Assembly: GCF_964204645.1 (NCBI RefSeq)
Contig: NC_134027.1
Location: 15,346,485 to 15,410,484 of the forward strand
Length of the DNA stretch: 64,000 nt
Reading direction: 5' to 3'
From: Tubulanus polymorphus
Lineage: Eukaryota > Animalia > Nemertea
Notes under the pieces: model-generated
The model's input: only the letters and a program-made list of their open reading frames with translations
Told to the model about the DNA's origin: nothing
The model's database searches: none
In this document: positions 1 through 12,776 of the stretch, in pieces
Numbering within the stretch: the stretch's first letter is position 1
Layout of the letters: each line of letters begins with the position of its first letter
Program-made: the position numbers and the translations under genes

Positions 1-327
1 ACAATATATATAGTCAAAAAATAGGTTATGGTAAAATAGAAACTATGGATTTAAAAACATTTAATTTCAATAAATTACCGGAATTTTATGATAATTTAAA
101 GCAAGAAAACAATAATGGTTGGGTTTATTTAATTTTAGAAAATAGTGAAGGTTTTACAAAATCAGGTATACAAAGAATAAATCAATCAATTAGAACTTAT
201 TTGATATGTATTCTAGGTACACAAGTTGAAACAAGTTCCCCGATAATTGGAAATTTAAATACATCATTCGATACACAAAAACAATTAAAAAGAAATATCA
301 AAATTATTTAGATAAATCACATGTAAG

Positions 328-2278
328 GCACTGACCTTGTATTAAATGAAATACTGAAAGCTGGAAACTACATTCTTTTGCCAGCACTTAAGAAAGCGTT
401 CAATTAAATCCTTTATAGCGGAAAATTCCCTGCTGCTTGGAGATGCAATTCTTTAACCCCTTTACATAAAAAAGGTGATGCCTCAAACCCTGAAAATTAT
501 AGGGGTATAGCAGTTGGGAGCAATATTGCTAAACTTTTTTGTACTATATTGTATAACAGATTATCAGTGTATGTAGAAAAAAACAACCTTATCCTAAACT
601 TATGTCAGATTGGCTTCAAGAAAGGTGCTCGTACTTCAGATCATATACTTACTCTAAAAACAATAATTGATTGATATGTTAACAAACTTTGCAGAACTAG
701 TGTATATTGTTGTTTCGTTGATTTCAAGTCAGCATTTGACTTGCTTGCGTTGATTTCAAGTCAGCTTTAATTTTTAAGCTCCTCAATATGGGTATCGACG
801 GGAATATATTATCAGTTATTGAAAGTATGTACTCGGAAGTGAAATATGCTGTAAAACTACAGGAAGGTATAACCTCTAGCTTTTCCTCGAAAGTAGGAGT
901 AAAACAAGGTTGTGTGTTAAGTCCGTTACTCTTCAACCTTTTTATATCAGATTTACCCAAACTTTTTAACGATAGTTGTCAACCTGTTATGTTGTACAAT
1001 AACCCCATCAGCTGTCTTCTTTATGCAGACGATCTAGTTATTATATCAAAATCCAAAGTAGGTCTACAAAATGCACTAAATAACCTTGGAACTAACTGTG
1101 GAAAATGGCAACTAACCTTTAATCTTTCAAAAACAAAAGTGATCATTTTTAATATGCTTGGACGTACGATAGACAATCACATCTTCAAATATGAAAATAC
1201 ACCTATCGAAGTAGTCGACAATTACTATTACCTTGGAATAATTTTCACTGCCAAGGGTAATTTTAAGAACGCGTGTGATCACCTAACTGACCAAGCCCGT
1301 AAGGCACTTTTAAAGATTAAAACTTTTGACCTGAGAGATAATGTTGCCACGGCTTTGAAACTGTTCAATATCTTTGTGGTACCAATTCCAACGTACTGCT
1401 GTGAAGTTTGGGGTCCCTTCTACACTGAGAATTTCAATAATACAAATTTTATGTCTATTTGCAATACTCTACCAGCCGGGAAAATTAATGTAAACTTTTG
1501 TAAATATTTGTTAGGTGTGCATAAGAATGCTACCCACGCAGCAATTATGGGTGAGCTCGGGCAATACCCTATTCTCATCCCTGTCATATATCTTATGTCA
1601 TATAGCTCAAAATTTTGGTTTCGAGTGTGTTCGTCTGACATCAATTCCCTGGTTAGGATGTCGTATTTGGACTGCCTTTCCTCTATACATTTATCACCTA
1701 ACTGTTATAACTGGGGATTAGCAATGAAGAAATTGATGTTGAATTTTGGCTTCAGTGAAACCTGGGAGAATCAAGGCTCAATTAATTTTTGTAAAACCGC
1801 ACGTGAACTCAAATTATACACCCAGGCTTTATATAAATATAATTGGACGTCCTTTGTGTTCTCCAATGATCTCGGTGGGGAGAAATCTAAATTAAGAACA
1901 TACAAATTTTTCAAATATAATTTCTCCCTCGAAAGGTATCTTTTATATATCAAAAATTTTTTTAAACGCAAGGTTCTTGCAAGGTTACGAACAAGCGCGC
2001 ACCAACTAAGAATAGAGGCTGACAGATATAAAAAGCCTTTTGTTCCTGCTAAGGACAGAATTTGTAGGTTATATGCTTCTTCCAGTTTTCTCATGACGGA
2101 GCCCTGGAGTGTGTCTTCTAAATCATCATGCTAGTTCCGTAAATGTGTTATCCTGTTTATTTTAAATTGTAATTTTCTACTCTGTAAAATTAATTGTCCT
2201 TTTTTTTCCTTTATTGCATTATATACTTGTATGTTTTACTGTAAAACTTTTAAGTTGTAATAAAGTATTGAATTGAAT
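328..2278 (+). mobile_element. 5'-truncated non-LTR retrotransposon (CR1/L2-group LINE) with degenerate reverse transcriptase
   Basis: RT motifs GVKQGCVLSPLLFNLFI and LLYADDLVI in ORF 788-2134. Upstream PENYRGIA/QIGFKKG/CFVDFKSAF motifs are broken by a stop and a frameshift. 3' AATAAA plus (TTGAA)n tail. TGTAAG direct repeat at 322-327 and 2279-2284. Confidence 0.88.
788..2134 (+). pseudogene. LINE ORF2 reverse transcriptase fragment
   Basis: YADD catalytic motif, YYYLGIIF thumb motif and C-terminal LARLRTSAHQLRIEADRY..DRIC typical of LINE ORF2; N-terminus disrupted. Confidence 0.88.
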
Positions 2279-2766
2279 TGTAAGATAAAATTATGGTATA
2301 GGCCCTAATTTATTGATTATTTCTAATGATTTAGTATTAAAAATGGGAAATATAATTGGTTGTAATAATCTAATTAAAACTGCAACAATAAATAATAAGT
2401 TTGGATTAAATGATATAGATAAAAAGATTATTACTGCTCCAAAACTAATGGAAGGTGACAAAATATAAAAACATATTCAATCGACAAAAACTAAAACGCA
2501 GAATATTAAATTTAATAATGATTCTAAAATAAAAGATTACAATACTACAGAAAATATAAAAACTGATATTATTCAACATGAAATGATTAAAAGTAATAAT
2601 GATAATAAATCACATGAAAATACTAAATTAGCTTTTACTTGTATAGGAATTGTAATAGGAGGAATATTTTATTGTAAATCTTAATTTTTTTATTATATAA
2701 ATAGATGTAGAAGGTGGAGAAGATATTGGAATGGATACTTTTGATGAACCCGGCATAACTGAAGAA

Positions 2767-3426
2767 TCTTCGCTCGCTGACAACGCTTTCCCTATTCAAG
2801 TCTTTTATCAAACATCAAGTTTCGACTACTGTTCCAACCTACTTGATTAAGGACATAAACCGAGATGAAGAAATTTCACTTAACCGATTACGCGCCGACC
2901 TCCTTTTAAAATCTCAATTTTATGTTCACAACTTTATTAATGTCCGTAATCCTACATGCAACTTGTTTAACAAACCAGCTAACACTAAACACTTTATGCT
3001 TAAATGCCAGTCACTTGGTCACAAAACAAAAATCGACGCTCTGTTTTCCTCATTCGACAATAAAATAACTGATCACATCTCAAATCTCACTGAAACCAAT
3101 AAGATAAACTTCCTACTTAACGGCAACATCTCCCTTTTCGACCTTCGTACTAACACTCAAATGCTAAAAAATGTTTCAAAATTTATTCTTAGTAACTACC
3201 AACGATTCCAACATTAGACACCTACACTTGTACAGTACCTGCTCTGTTAGCCATTTCATATAAACCATCGTGCTACATTTCTAAATTTATGTCTGGTTTA
3301 CGCCGAATTTGTAACTTGTAAATGTTTAACTTAACCCTTTTGCCTATAATGTACTTGTACCTTGGCACTGGAACTTATATTATAATGTATATTAATATTC
3401 TGAATAAACATCTTTATATACTACCG
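2767..3426 (+). mobile_element. Short 3' fragment of a second LINE inserted in the relic 487-aa gene
   Basis: 11-bp TSD TAACTGAAGAA at 2756-2766 and 3427-3437. ORF 2843-3217 resembles a LINE ORF2 C-terminus (LNRLR...PTC...KHFMLKC...FLLNG). AATAAA near the 3' end. Confidence 0.75.
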
Positions 3427-3437
3427 TAACTGAAGAA

Positions 3438-4125
3438 CAACCACCTGATTTTAATGAAACAAGTTTTAATGACGGTAATGAGCCAGAATATGATAATAAT
3501 TTAAATATGCCTGATTATATTAAAAATGCAAAATCACAATTAGATCCTGAAAATTTAGATCCAGATTTAGTAAAACAAGATTTAGATAATTTAAACAAAA
3601 TACCTAAATTAGAACGTATAATTGAAAATTCTAAACTTAACATAAATGATGGAGACGTTGGACCTTTAGCAGATAAATTGAAATTTTTAGATAATGGTAA
3701 ATGGTATTATCATTTGAAAGGTGATTATTATATTGATATCACTTATAAAAATAATAAAAATAAAATATTAACAAAATCAACTTTGAGTGATTTAGATCCA
3801 GATAGAATTAAAAGAATTAGTAATAGTAATGTAATAACTGATGTTTTAAAACAAGAATTAACTGATAATGATATAGACGTATTTAAACAAAGAATTAATG
3901 AATTATTTGAAATAATCAAAAAGAAATCAGAAACAGAAACGACTTCTGAACAGAATATAACTTCCAAAACTAGTAAACTTAAATCAAATAAAGTTCCAAT
4001 TGAAAAACTTTTACCGAATGGATTAATTGATGCAACAGATCAATAATTAGAAGATTTAAATATATTTTCTAATAAAGCAATTAGAGAAATTATTAGTATA
4101 AGAAATGAAGCTGATAAATTTGCAT
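3438..4125 (+). pseudogene. Relic of the Polinton 487-aa coiled-coil/membrane protein
   Basis: ORF 3507-4046 aligns with 33883-35346 (NPDLVKQ, LKFLD, YYIDI, FKQRINELFE, IEKLLPNGL); premature TAA, then truncated by deletion. Confidence 0.85.
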
Positions 4126-4127
4126 GA

Positions 4128-5746
4128 AGCTAACATTTTAAATCTAAGTTGGTATTTTATCTTTTGATCTATTTGAATTCAATCTTTCTATTTCATTATT
4201 GATTTCTTCTATATCATGACATAACTGTTTGATAAATAAATGTGCATCATACCCTGATAAATTATGAAATACAACTCGAGCAAAATTGATTTTCTTTGCT
4301 TGCAAATTACAATTCTCATGCGCTGCGCCTCTAAACTTTCCATACAAATGATCATGATCTCTAACTTTTTTATCTTTGAAATTAAATTGTTTTTCACAAT
4401 AAAAACATTTATCTGAAAACTCAAATTCTTCTTTATCTTCTTCTGTCATTATAATTTCTTTATTTTCATTTAACAATTTATTAAATTTTATTTCATATTC
4501 AATTAATAAATCACAAAAATCATTGATAACATTTTCATTTCTATAATTATAATATACACTTTTAATTAGTTCTGGATAATCAGATTTAATATATAACCCG
4601 AAAGCTGCAGCCTATTGATAAACCTTTTTAATAATATTTGTTTTTGGTGGTTCTTCTGAAAAATCATTTGATTAAATCGAATACATTTATTTTTACATTA
4701 TTATCTCTTTCTGTTTTTGGAATATTTTCAATTCTAACAGGATAACTGTCTATCTTATAATTATTTTCAAATTGTTTATAATTTGTTAATCTAAAACTAT
4801 GTGTAATATCTTCTGTTGGATGTAAGCAACTAATTATTTCCCATAGAAAACATTTTTCATCAAAATTTTGTACATTTATAACAGCATTAGTTTTAAATGG
4901 TAATTTGATATAACTTGATCCATTTATATTATCATCTTTATAATATGATAAATTACGTTCATCAATTGGTTTTGATTTAGTTAACTTATTATATTTTGTG
5001 TTATAAACATGTAAAGTCATAAATATTATTTCATCAAATATTAAAACAGATCCTTCAAAATATTTCTCTTCTATTTTACTTTTTATTTGATTATAACATT
5101 TATCTAATCTATCAATAATATCTTGTGAATGGGAATTTAGATTATATATTGGTTTATCTTCAGATTTTATAAATCTTACTTCAACTGATATACTAATTTT
5201 AGGATATTCTTCGTCTGTAATTATTCTTATGATATTTTTCATATTTTCCAAATGTTTTTTATTTTCTTCTAACGTTTGACCTTTATAAAATTTAAACTCG
5301 ATAGCTGCTGGACCAATATCACTTTTAAATGCTTCAGTTATCTCTATTTCTTTTTTATTATCGAATGAATTAATATAATTTCTAACATCTTCCATGTATG
5401 GTCTTTTATCTTTTAATTTATGTTTTATTCTTTTAATTGTCTCCTGTTTCTTATCATTATCTTAATCAAAATAATCTTCACCTAAAATATCATTATTTAT
5501 ATTTCTAATATGACTTTTAGATTTTAAATGTACTTTATAATATCTTTTGTTACTGAATGATTGATTACATTTATATATTTCTTTTTCATTCTTTAATTCC
5601 TCTAATTTAGTTTCTAATATATCATCATTATATTCTAATTTCAATTTATTTTCTAAATGTGTTTTAGTTTTATTATGCCTTGCTTTTTGAGATTTATCTA
5701 TATTGATTTTACATGTTGGACAGTAGTACTTCTTATTTGCTTCCAT
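4128..5746 (-). pseudogene. Relic pPolB N-terminal half (zinc fingers, OTU-like region, endonuclease VII/HNH)
   Basis: ORFs 5462-5746, 4664-5395 and 4144-4476 align in order with 23790-25920 (IGPAAI, SSYIKLPF, KCFLW, VRDHDHL..K.RGAAHE.CNLQAKK, FHNLSGYD); broken by stops and deletions. Confidence 0.9.
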
Positions 5747-5848
5747 TTTAATATCAAATTTTCTATTAAAATTGATTTTAGAAGTTATTCAAATATAAAA
5801 TATTCATTTATATATGTTATTCATATTCATATATATGAATATTATTGG

Positions 5849-6000
5849 AGTAATAGGGAATAAGTTGTTTCATATCAAAGGTTGAAGGGGCGAGTGAATA
5901 AAAAATAAAAGATAAATTCGAGCATGCGAGAATTCATTTTTTATTTTTCATGAGCTCGACCCTTCGACCTTTGGTATGAAACAACTTATTCCCTATTACT
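5849..6000. repeat. 152-bp foldback element with AGTAATAGGGAA...TTCCCTATTACT ends
   Basis: About 45-bp near-perfect inverted arms (AGTAATAGGGAATAAGTTGTTTCATAYCAAAGGTYGAAGGG) plus further internal symmetry; no TSD seen. Confidence 0.85.
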
Positions 6001-6745
6001 TGCATCATCGCACAATTCGAACCGTTCACTTGTGTTAGAGAGTGTCTGATCCAAATCCTTCTCTTGTTGTAGCAGAATTTCCGAGAACACCTTTGTCGAA
6101 AATTCCACTTTTGTGAGTGGACGTTCTTTGTTGCCAATGTAATTCTTCTTAAATGGTGACATCTTTTTATTCATGGATTCGGATTGGTTTGTAAAGCAAC
6201 GTCGTGGTACACCATTGTCCAATGGCATTCCGGCATCCTTTCTAACAAAAGGTAAAATACAACTCACGATCATGTCTGAATGTGCATGTAGGTACTTCCA
6301 AAATTTTGGAACATAGCTCTCACGTTTACCAGTCTTCTCCATTTCATCAAAATACGTTTTCAGTTTTTGTAGTTCACCAATGAATTCTTCTTCACTGTTG
6401 CTGTCCAAGAGACAACTCTTTTTACCAGGTATGCCGAAAATGTGAACAATAAATTCATGCTGTGACTTCCTACCACAGATTCCAAGTGCAGACAATTTCT
6501 CCATGCAGTTGCCTTGGAAATGTCTCTAACAACGCAGCGATTTAGCATTTGGCATTTCTGATGCAAATGCATTAATGATTGCCAGCTCCCCATCGGTTAT
6601 GAAGCCAGCAGCAGTTCTCAAACCGGGACAGTGAGCAGTACAGACAGATGAAAATATCTTAAATGTTTGGATGTCCTTAAAATGGTGCACCATCGTAGGA
6701 CCAAGGAATACCATCGTAGGACTTTTCAAATACACATGACGATTT
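6001..6745 (-). pseudogene. Mutator-like (MULE) DDE transposase fragment, frameshifted
   Basis: FLGPTMVH...FITDGELAIINAFASEMPNAKSLRC resembles the MULE TDGE..A...F...P....L.C motif; continues in ORF 5986-6504 (FTNQSESMN). Confidence 0.6.
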
Positions 6746-7139
6746 GTCATTAGGCACAGACGAAGACGAGAATGAAAGTGAAGCGGAACTAAGTGATTCA
6801 GTCAAACATACAGAAATTGTAAATTCAAGTGATGATATTAGTAGTTGTGAAGGAGAAACAAAATATTGGAATGATGATAAAGATCTCCCTATATTTCAAA
6901 CAACAAAAGACCGATACTCCCCATTAGATGCTATGGATATTATATTTGATAACAAAGGGCCTAGGTGTAAAAGTCTACCGCTGCGAGTCAAAGAGAATGC
7001 CAGCTTTTTGATAGATACGTCACTCTTTAAGGATCCAAATGATGTTAAATTTGACATGAATGGTGTCTATGACAAGTATATCCGATGCGCTATCTGGACC
7101 TTGAAGAGAACAAACAAGACAAACATTGTTTCAAGATAA
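6744..7139 (+). pseudogene. Probable N-terminal part of the same MULE-like transposase family, in opposite orientation
   Basis: C..LP.RV..NASFLID......PNDVK.D.NG motif recalled from invertebrate MULE-like proteins; abuts the minus-strand fragment. Confidence 0.35.
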
Positions 7140-7420
7140 ATTGCCCATTGGCAAAGTGTGGTTTACCTTGAAAGCTAGACGTTGTTTGGAATAAGGGCAT
7201 TGCTTGAAAAATCTTTTTAATTTGTGACTTCCAAAAGTTTATATGAAGTTTATATTGTATTTTATCTTTCTTAAAGAATTATTTTGTAGTCAAATAAGAC
7301 CAAAGATATACAATTGGTTACGGTCCACGTCCAAAATTTTGTAGGGTACAGGTAGGCGTGGCAGGGAAACTATTTTATATTTTCAAAAAAATGTGTTTCA
7401 CAAAATGAAAAAAATATTTA
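7135..7420 (+). repeat. Dispersed repeat; reverse-complement copy at ~50575-50855
   Basis: Shared blocks TTGCCCA(T)TGGCAAAGT, GGTCCACGTCCAA...GTAGGGTACAGGTAGG occur inverted at ~50600-50850. Confidence 0.7.
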
Positions 7421-7789
7421 AATGAGGCCATCCCAAAATAATTGTCTGTGTGCCGTAACACCGAGTCCAACGCAGTCTCAAATGTTTTGTGACTTTCTCA
7501 AAATGTATCAAAAATTAAAGTAATTTTTAGTTCATAAGTCTTCAAATATTCAAAAATGAACAGTTAAAAATTGTTGAAACATGTCGACTCAGCCGTAAAA
7601 TCAACCCATTCACAGTCCCGAATGTGGGATAATGTCGGGCTTTAGAGAAAATAATGCCCCCGAGGTCTTCACATTTTCAGATAAGATTATGTAAGCGTGT
7701 CGCGCGTTACACCGGATAGGCACACAATAGAAATATGAGCCGCACGTTCATTGATCATCATCAATTAAGAGGACCGCTATTGTGAAAAT

Positions 7790-8030
7790 TGACTGCGGGA
7801 GGAATATTCCTCCAAAAGTCAATCGATGGAAACTTGACCAAGGGGTCTGATATTCAAACAATTTGGGAGGAATATTCCTCCCAAGGTCAAATGAAGAGAA
7901 TTTGACCTTCAGTTCTGATATTCAAAGTATCGACTTCGGGAGGAATATTCCTCCGACTGTCAAATGAAGGAAAATGGACCTAGGTCTGATAATTCGAAAT
8001 ATTGACTTTGGGATGAATATTCGTCCAAAC
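7790..8030. repeat. Four ~70-bp tandem units each containing the palindrome GGAGGAATATTCCTCC
   Basis: Palindrome at ~7798, ~7866 and ~7939, with the variant GGATGAATATTCGTCC at ~8011. Confidence 0.8.
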
Positions 8031-9517
8031 CTCTAACGCTAAAAACCTGAGCTTTTAGAATGATAGGTCTACGTAAATGATATTGATGTAATTGTTTTTA
8101 ATAAATAGTATACTATAGCGACGAAACCAGACATATTTAGGCAATTTGATTGTTAATATACACTGTATTTGAGGGTCTGCGACAAATAATTTTAGAAAGT
8201 TAAATAGCTGTAGTACAGGTTCTAATAATGAGCCTAGTCTTCACATCGCAATCAGTTGTTAGAATGCATCTTCCTTTTTCTTGTTTTGGTCTGAGACGAC
8301 TAGTTAAATTTTTTTCTTGATTGATTCACGCTGGGAGGTCTACATCAAATTATAGTGTTGATCAAATCAATTATGTTTCAACTGCGAATTCACATTTGAT
8401 ATTGATATTAATAATCAATATTACTCATCATTATATAGCGCACTGCTGCAAATTGTAACCAGTGTGCTTTTCATGGGTATAAAATCAACACAAGTTGAAG
8501 AAATCGAATTTGAAATTCGTGGATAATAAAAAATAAGTTGAAGGTAGGGCGGAGAGATCTGACGAAAAGAAACAACAAACGATATGGGCGCCAAATTGAC
8601 CCATGCCTAATTGCCCGACCAAATAGTCCGACCAGACCTGAGTCAAATTAAGCCGAGTCAAATTAGAGCGTGTTGATTTAAACTGGTTCTGGAAGTCAGT
8701 CACTTCGCTTTGCTTAAGTATGGACTCGTTTTAGAGTCTCTTCAAGCATTGTTTAGTATCGAATGAATGGGTTTGCATTTGAATGTGAAATAAATTTGAA
8801 CATGAAAATCAGCGCGCTCTTTGGTAAGCCATGAAAACAATTAAAGTCGGACCCTGATTCGAGCCAATTTGTTTGCAAATTAGCCATTGTCCTAGTTTTA
8901 ACTTCTGATTTGTACCCTGTAAAGGCCGGTTTATATTTCTGTTTGTACTCTTTCATAGAAATTCGACAGATATCAAATGGCATCTTTGATTATAGACAGT
9001 TGACCGGTACACACCAATATGTCCATCCATCAGACATACGAGCAATTATCTCATTAATGAGACAATTGCTCGTAGATCCGACAGCTACGTTTTACAACTA
9101 GAAGCGCATTAAATCGGATTCCTAATGATATTACATGTATTACTATTAAGAATAAGCTATTAATTATGAATAAATTCAAAAGGAATTGAGAAAATATCTT
9201 GCTTTGAATGGCTTTTAATTAAATATTGGAAAGGGCGATTTTGAAGGGGGAATTTTATCTGCGGTGTCACTGCTAATCGAGTAATCATGAAGCACAAACT
9301 TCCTAAGGTGATAAAGTGTTTTAAGCAGATCTTTTCCGATTGTGATCCCAATATATGAATTGCACATGGAACTATTATGTATAAACACCTCTCACAATTT
9401 ACATAATGACTGAGTGGCGTCCTGTTGCACAAGCTATATTACACCATGATGAAAAGCCTTTTATAGTTTAGAGTTGGATTTCTCGATGTATAAATGCAAG
9501 GAGGGTCAGAAGCTTAG

Positions 9518-11294
9518 GCGACAATTCAATATTTTGGTTTTATCGCCCGCGACAATTCAATATTTTGGTTTTATCGCCCGAGATAATTCATTATTTTGGT
9601 TTTATCGCCCGCGACAATTCATTATTTTGGTTTTGTCGCCCCGACAATTCTTTTTTTGGTTTTGTCGCCCGCGACAATCCATTAGTTTGGTTTTGTCGCC
9701 CGCGACAATTCAGTATTTTGGTTTTGTCGCCCGCGACAATTCAATATTTTGGTTTTATCGCCCGCGACAATTCATTACTTTGGTTTTATCTCCAGCGACA
9801 ATTCATTATTTTGGTTTTGTCGCCCGCGACAATTCAATATTTTGGTTTTATCGCCCGCGATAATTCATTATTTTCGTTTTATCGCCCACGACAATTCATT
9901 ATTTTGGTTTTGTCGCATGAGACAATTCATTATTTTGGTTTTATCGCCCGCAACAATTCATTATTTTGGTATTGTTGCCCGCGACAATTCATTATTTTGG
10001 TTTTGTGGCACGTGACAATTCAATATTTTGTTTTTGTCGCCCCAGACAATTCATTATTTTGGTTTTATCGCCCATGACAATTCATTATTTTGGTTTTGTC
10101 GCCCGCGGCAATTCATTTTTTTGGTTTTGTCGCCCGCGGCAATTCACCATTTTGGTTTTGTCGCCCGCGACAATTCACCATTTTGGTTTTGTCGCCCGCG
10201 ACAATTCATTATTTTGGTTTTATCGCCCGCGATAATTCATTATTTTGGTTTTGTCGCCTGAGACAATTCATTATTTCGGTTTTATATTTTGTTTTTGTCG
10301 TCCGCGACAATTTTTTTTGGTTTTGTTTCCCGAGACAATTCATTATTTCGGTTTTATATTTTGTTTTTGTCGTCCGCGACAATTTTTTTTTTTGGTTTTG
10401 TCGCCCGCGATATTTCATTATTTTGGTTTTGTCGCACGTGACAATTCAATATATTGTTTTTGTCGCCCACGACAATTCATTATTTTGGTTTTGTCGCATG
10501 AGACAATTCATTATTTTGGTTTTATCGCCCGCAACAATTCATTATTTTGGTATTGTTGCCCGCGACAATTCATTATTTTGGTTTTGTGGCACGTGACAAT
10601 TCAATATTTTGTTTTTGTCGCCCCAGACAATTCATTATTTTGGTTTTATCGCCCATGACAATTCATTATTTTGGTTTTGTCGCCCGCGGCAATTCATTTT
10701 TTTGGTTTTGTCGCCCGCGGCAATTCACCATTTTGGTTTTGTCGCCCGCGACAATTCACCATTTTGGTTTTGTCGCCCGCGACAATTCATTATTTTGGTT
10801 TTATCGCCCGCGATAATTCATTATTTTGGTTTTGTCGCCTGAGACAATTCATTATTTCGGTTTTATATTTTGTTTTTGTCGTCCGCGACAATTTTTTTTG
10901 GTTTTGTTTCCCGAGACAATTCATTATTTCGGTTTTATATTTTGTTTTTGTCGTCCGCGACAATTTTTTTTTTTTGGTTTTGTCGCCCGCGATATTTCAT
11001 TATTTTGGTTTTGTCGCACGTGACAATTCAATATATTGTTTTTGTCGCCCGAGAAAATTCATTATTTTGGTTTTATCGCCCGCGACAATTCATTATTTTG
11101 GTTTTGTCGCCCGCGATAATTCTTCTTTTTGGTTTTGTCGCCCGAGACAATTCATTATTTTGGTTTTATCTTTTGTTTTTGACGCCCGTGACAATTTTTT
11201 TTTTGGTTTTGTCGCCCGCGAGAATTCAATATTTTGGTTTTATCGCCTGCGATAATTCATTATTTTGGTTTTGTCGCCCGCGACAATTCTTTTT
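9518..11294 (+). repeat. 31-bp satellite/minisatellite array (GCGACAATTCATTATTTTGGTTTTRTCGCCC)n
   Basis: Continuous tandem units without spacers; includes a 581-bp higher-order duplication (identical ORF translations at 9966 and 10547, and at 10028 and 10609). Confidence 0.95.
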
Positions 11295-12666
11295 CAGTCC
11301 ACTTGGGACTTTAGTCCCAGTGGGCTATTGCGTTCACTTTTCGTCCGTCCGTCCATCCATAGACGGAATCCAGTTACTTCGTGAAGTTTTGAAGACGCTT
11401 CAAGGTAATGTCTTGATATTTGGTTTATACATGTATCTACCCTAGACACATCGTCAGCCCAAAAACTGGCCCTGTCAGATTCAAGATGGTCGACTGGCAG
11501 CCATTGTTGTTTGCCAAAATCAGTACTTTTTAAACATTTTCGAAGTTTTCGTGGGAAATTTTGAAGACGCTTTGATCAATTACCTTGATCTTTCGTTTAT
11601 ATTTGAATCTACCATCAGCCTAAGAAAATTGGGTCGATCTGACTCAAGATGGCCGTCCTATGACCTTTTTAGTGCCCAAAAATGTCAATTTGGTTTGCCA
11701 TTTCTCATTGCAATTGCTGATGGGTATTCTTTAGAGAGGGATGTTTTATACCTGGGACAGGTATTTTGATCAGCCAATTATGACGAAATGGGCGGCCATC
11801 TTGGTGTCATCAGTACTCATTCGTAGGTGGGAAAAAGTTTTTCCACATTAAATTGATACCTAAGCATATTGTGTTACTATATTCAATTGGAAAGTTGTAG
11901 CCCATAACGTATTTTATGATTTTGGTGAGTTTCAAGGTCATTGGTTTTTGTATGTGGCCATCAGGGGGCGTTGAATAATACAATAACTTAGTATCGCTAT
12001 ATTATATTTGTACCAAGGCATATTTTGTTACCATGATCAATTGCAAAGTTGTAGTTCATGACATCTTCTATGATTATGGTGAGTTTTTGAGGACATTAGT
12101 TATTCCATATAGACACCAGGGGGCGTTGAATAGTAGAAAAGCTTAGTTTTTCCTTATTAGATTGGTACCTAGGCATAGTTTGTTACCATGATCCATTGCA
12201 AAGTTGTAGTTCATGACATCGTCTATGATTGTGGTGAGTTTTTAAGGACATAAGTTATTCCATATAGTCACCAGGGGGCGCTGAATAGTAGAATGGCTTA
12301 GTATTTCCTTATTAGATTGGTATCTAGGCATATTTTGTTACTATGATCAATTGCAAAGTTGTATTTCATGACATGTACTACGATTGTGGTGAGTTTTAAG
12401 GTCATTGGGTTTTGCATATGGTCACCAGGGGGCGTTGAATAGTAGAATAACTTAGTATTTCCATATTAAATTGGTAACGAGGCATATTTTGTTATCACAA
12501 TCAATTACAAAATCAAAGCTGCTCACATGTTCTATGATTGTTGTGGGTTTCAAGGTCATTGGTTTTTGTATATGGTCACTAGAGGGCGTTATGTATTGAA
12601 ATTGTTAGATTGTTGAGCATTTGAAACCACTTCCCAAGTGAGCATGGTGTCCCTGGACCCCTAGTT
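11291..12666 (+). mobile_element. Helentron-associated non-autonomous element (HINE/DINE-1-like) with central ~155-bp tandem repeats
   Basis: 5' subterminal IR CACTTGGGA with adjacent palindrome, (GTCC)n microsatellite, ~4.5 x 155-bp units (11935-12590), 3' TCCCAAGTG plus short hairpin and CTAGTT; inserted into a T-run of the satellite. Confidence 0.7.
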
Positions 12667-12776
12667 TGGTTTTGTCGCCCGCGACAATTCAATATTTTGG
12701 TTTTGTCGCACGCAACAATTCAATATTCTGTTTTTGCCGTCTGCGACAATTCCTTATTTTGGTTTTATCGCCCGCG
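12667..12776 (+). repeat. Continuation of the 31-bp satellite after the HINE
   Basis: 3-4 degenerate units. Confidence 0.85.

Larger units (their letters stand above)
1..2684 (+). pseudogene. Relic of the Polinton 462-aa conserved protein, split by a LINE insertion
   Basis: ORF 45-311 (LKQENNNGWVYLILENSEGFTKSGIQRINQSIRTYLICILG) is near-identical to the 32478 ORF. Homology resumes at 2285 and runs to the C-terminal TM segment at ~2684. Confidence 0.85.
1..5850. mobile_element. Decayed Polinton/Maverick relic related to the intact element at 23674-40213 (extends beyond the left window edge)
   Basis: 1-327 and 2279-2684 match the 462-aa ORF (32478-33866). 2700-2766 and 3427-4125 match the 487-aa ORF (33883-35346), e.g. 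shared ETETTSEQNITSKTSKLKSNKV. 4128-5746 (-) matches the pPolB N-terminal half. Many stops and deletions. Confidence 0.9.
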
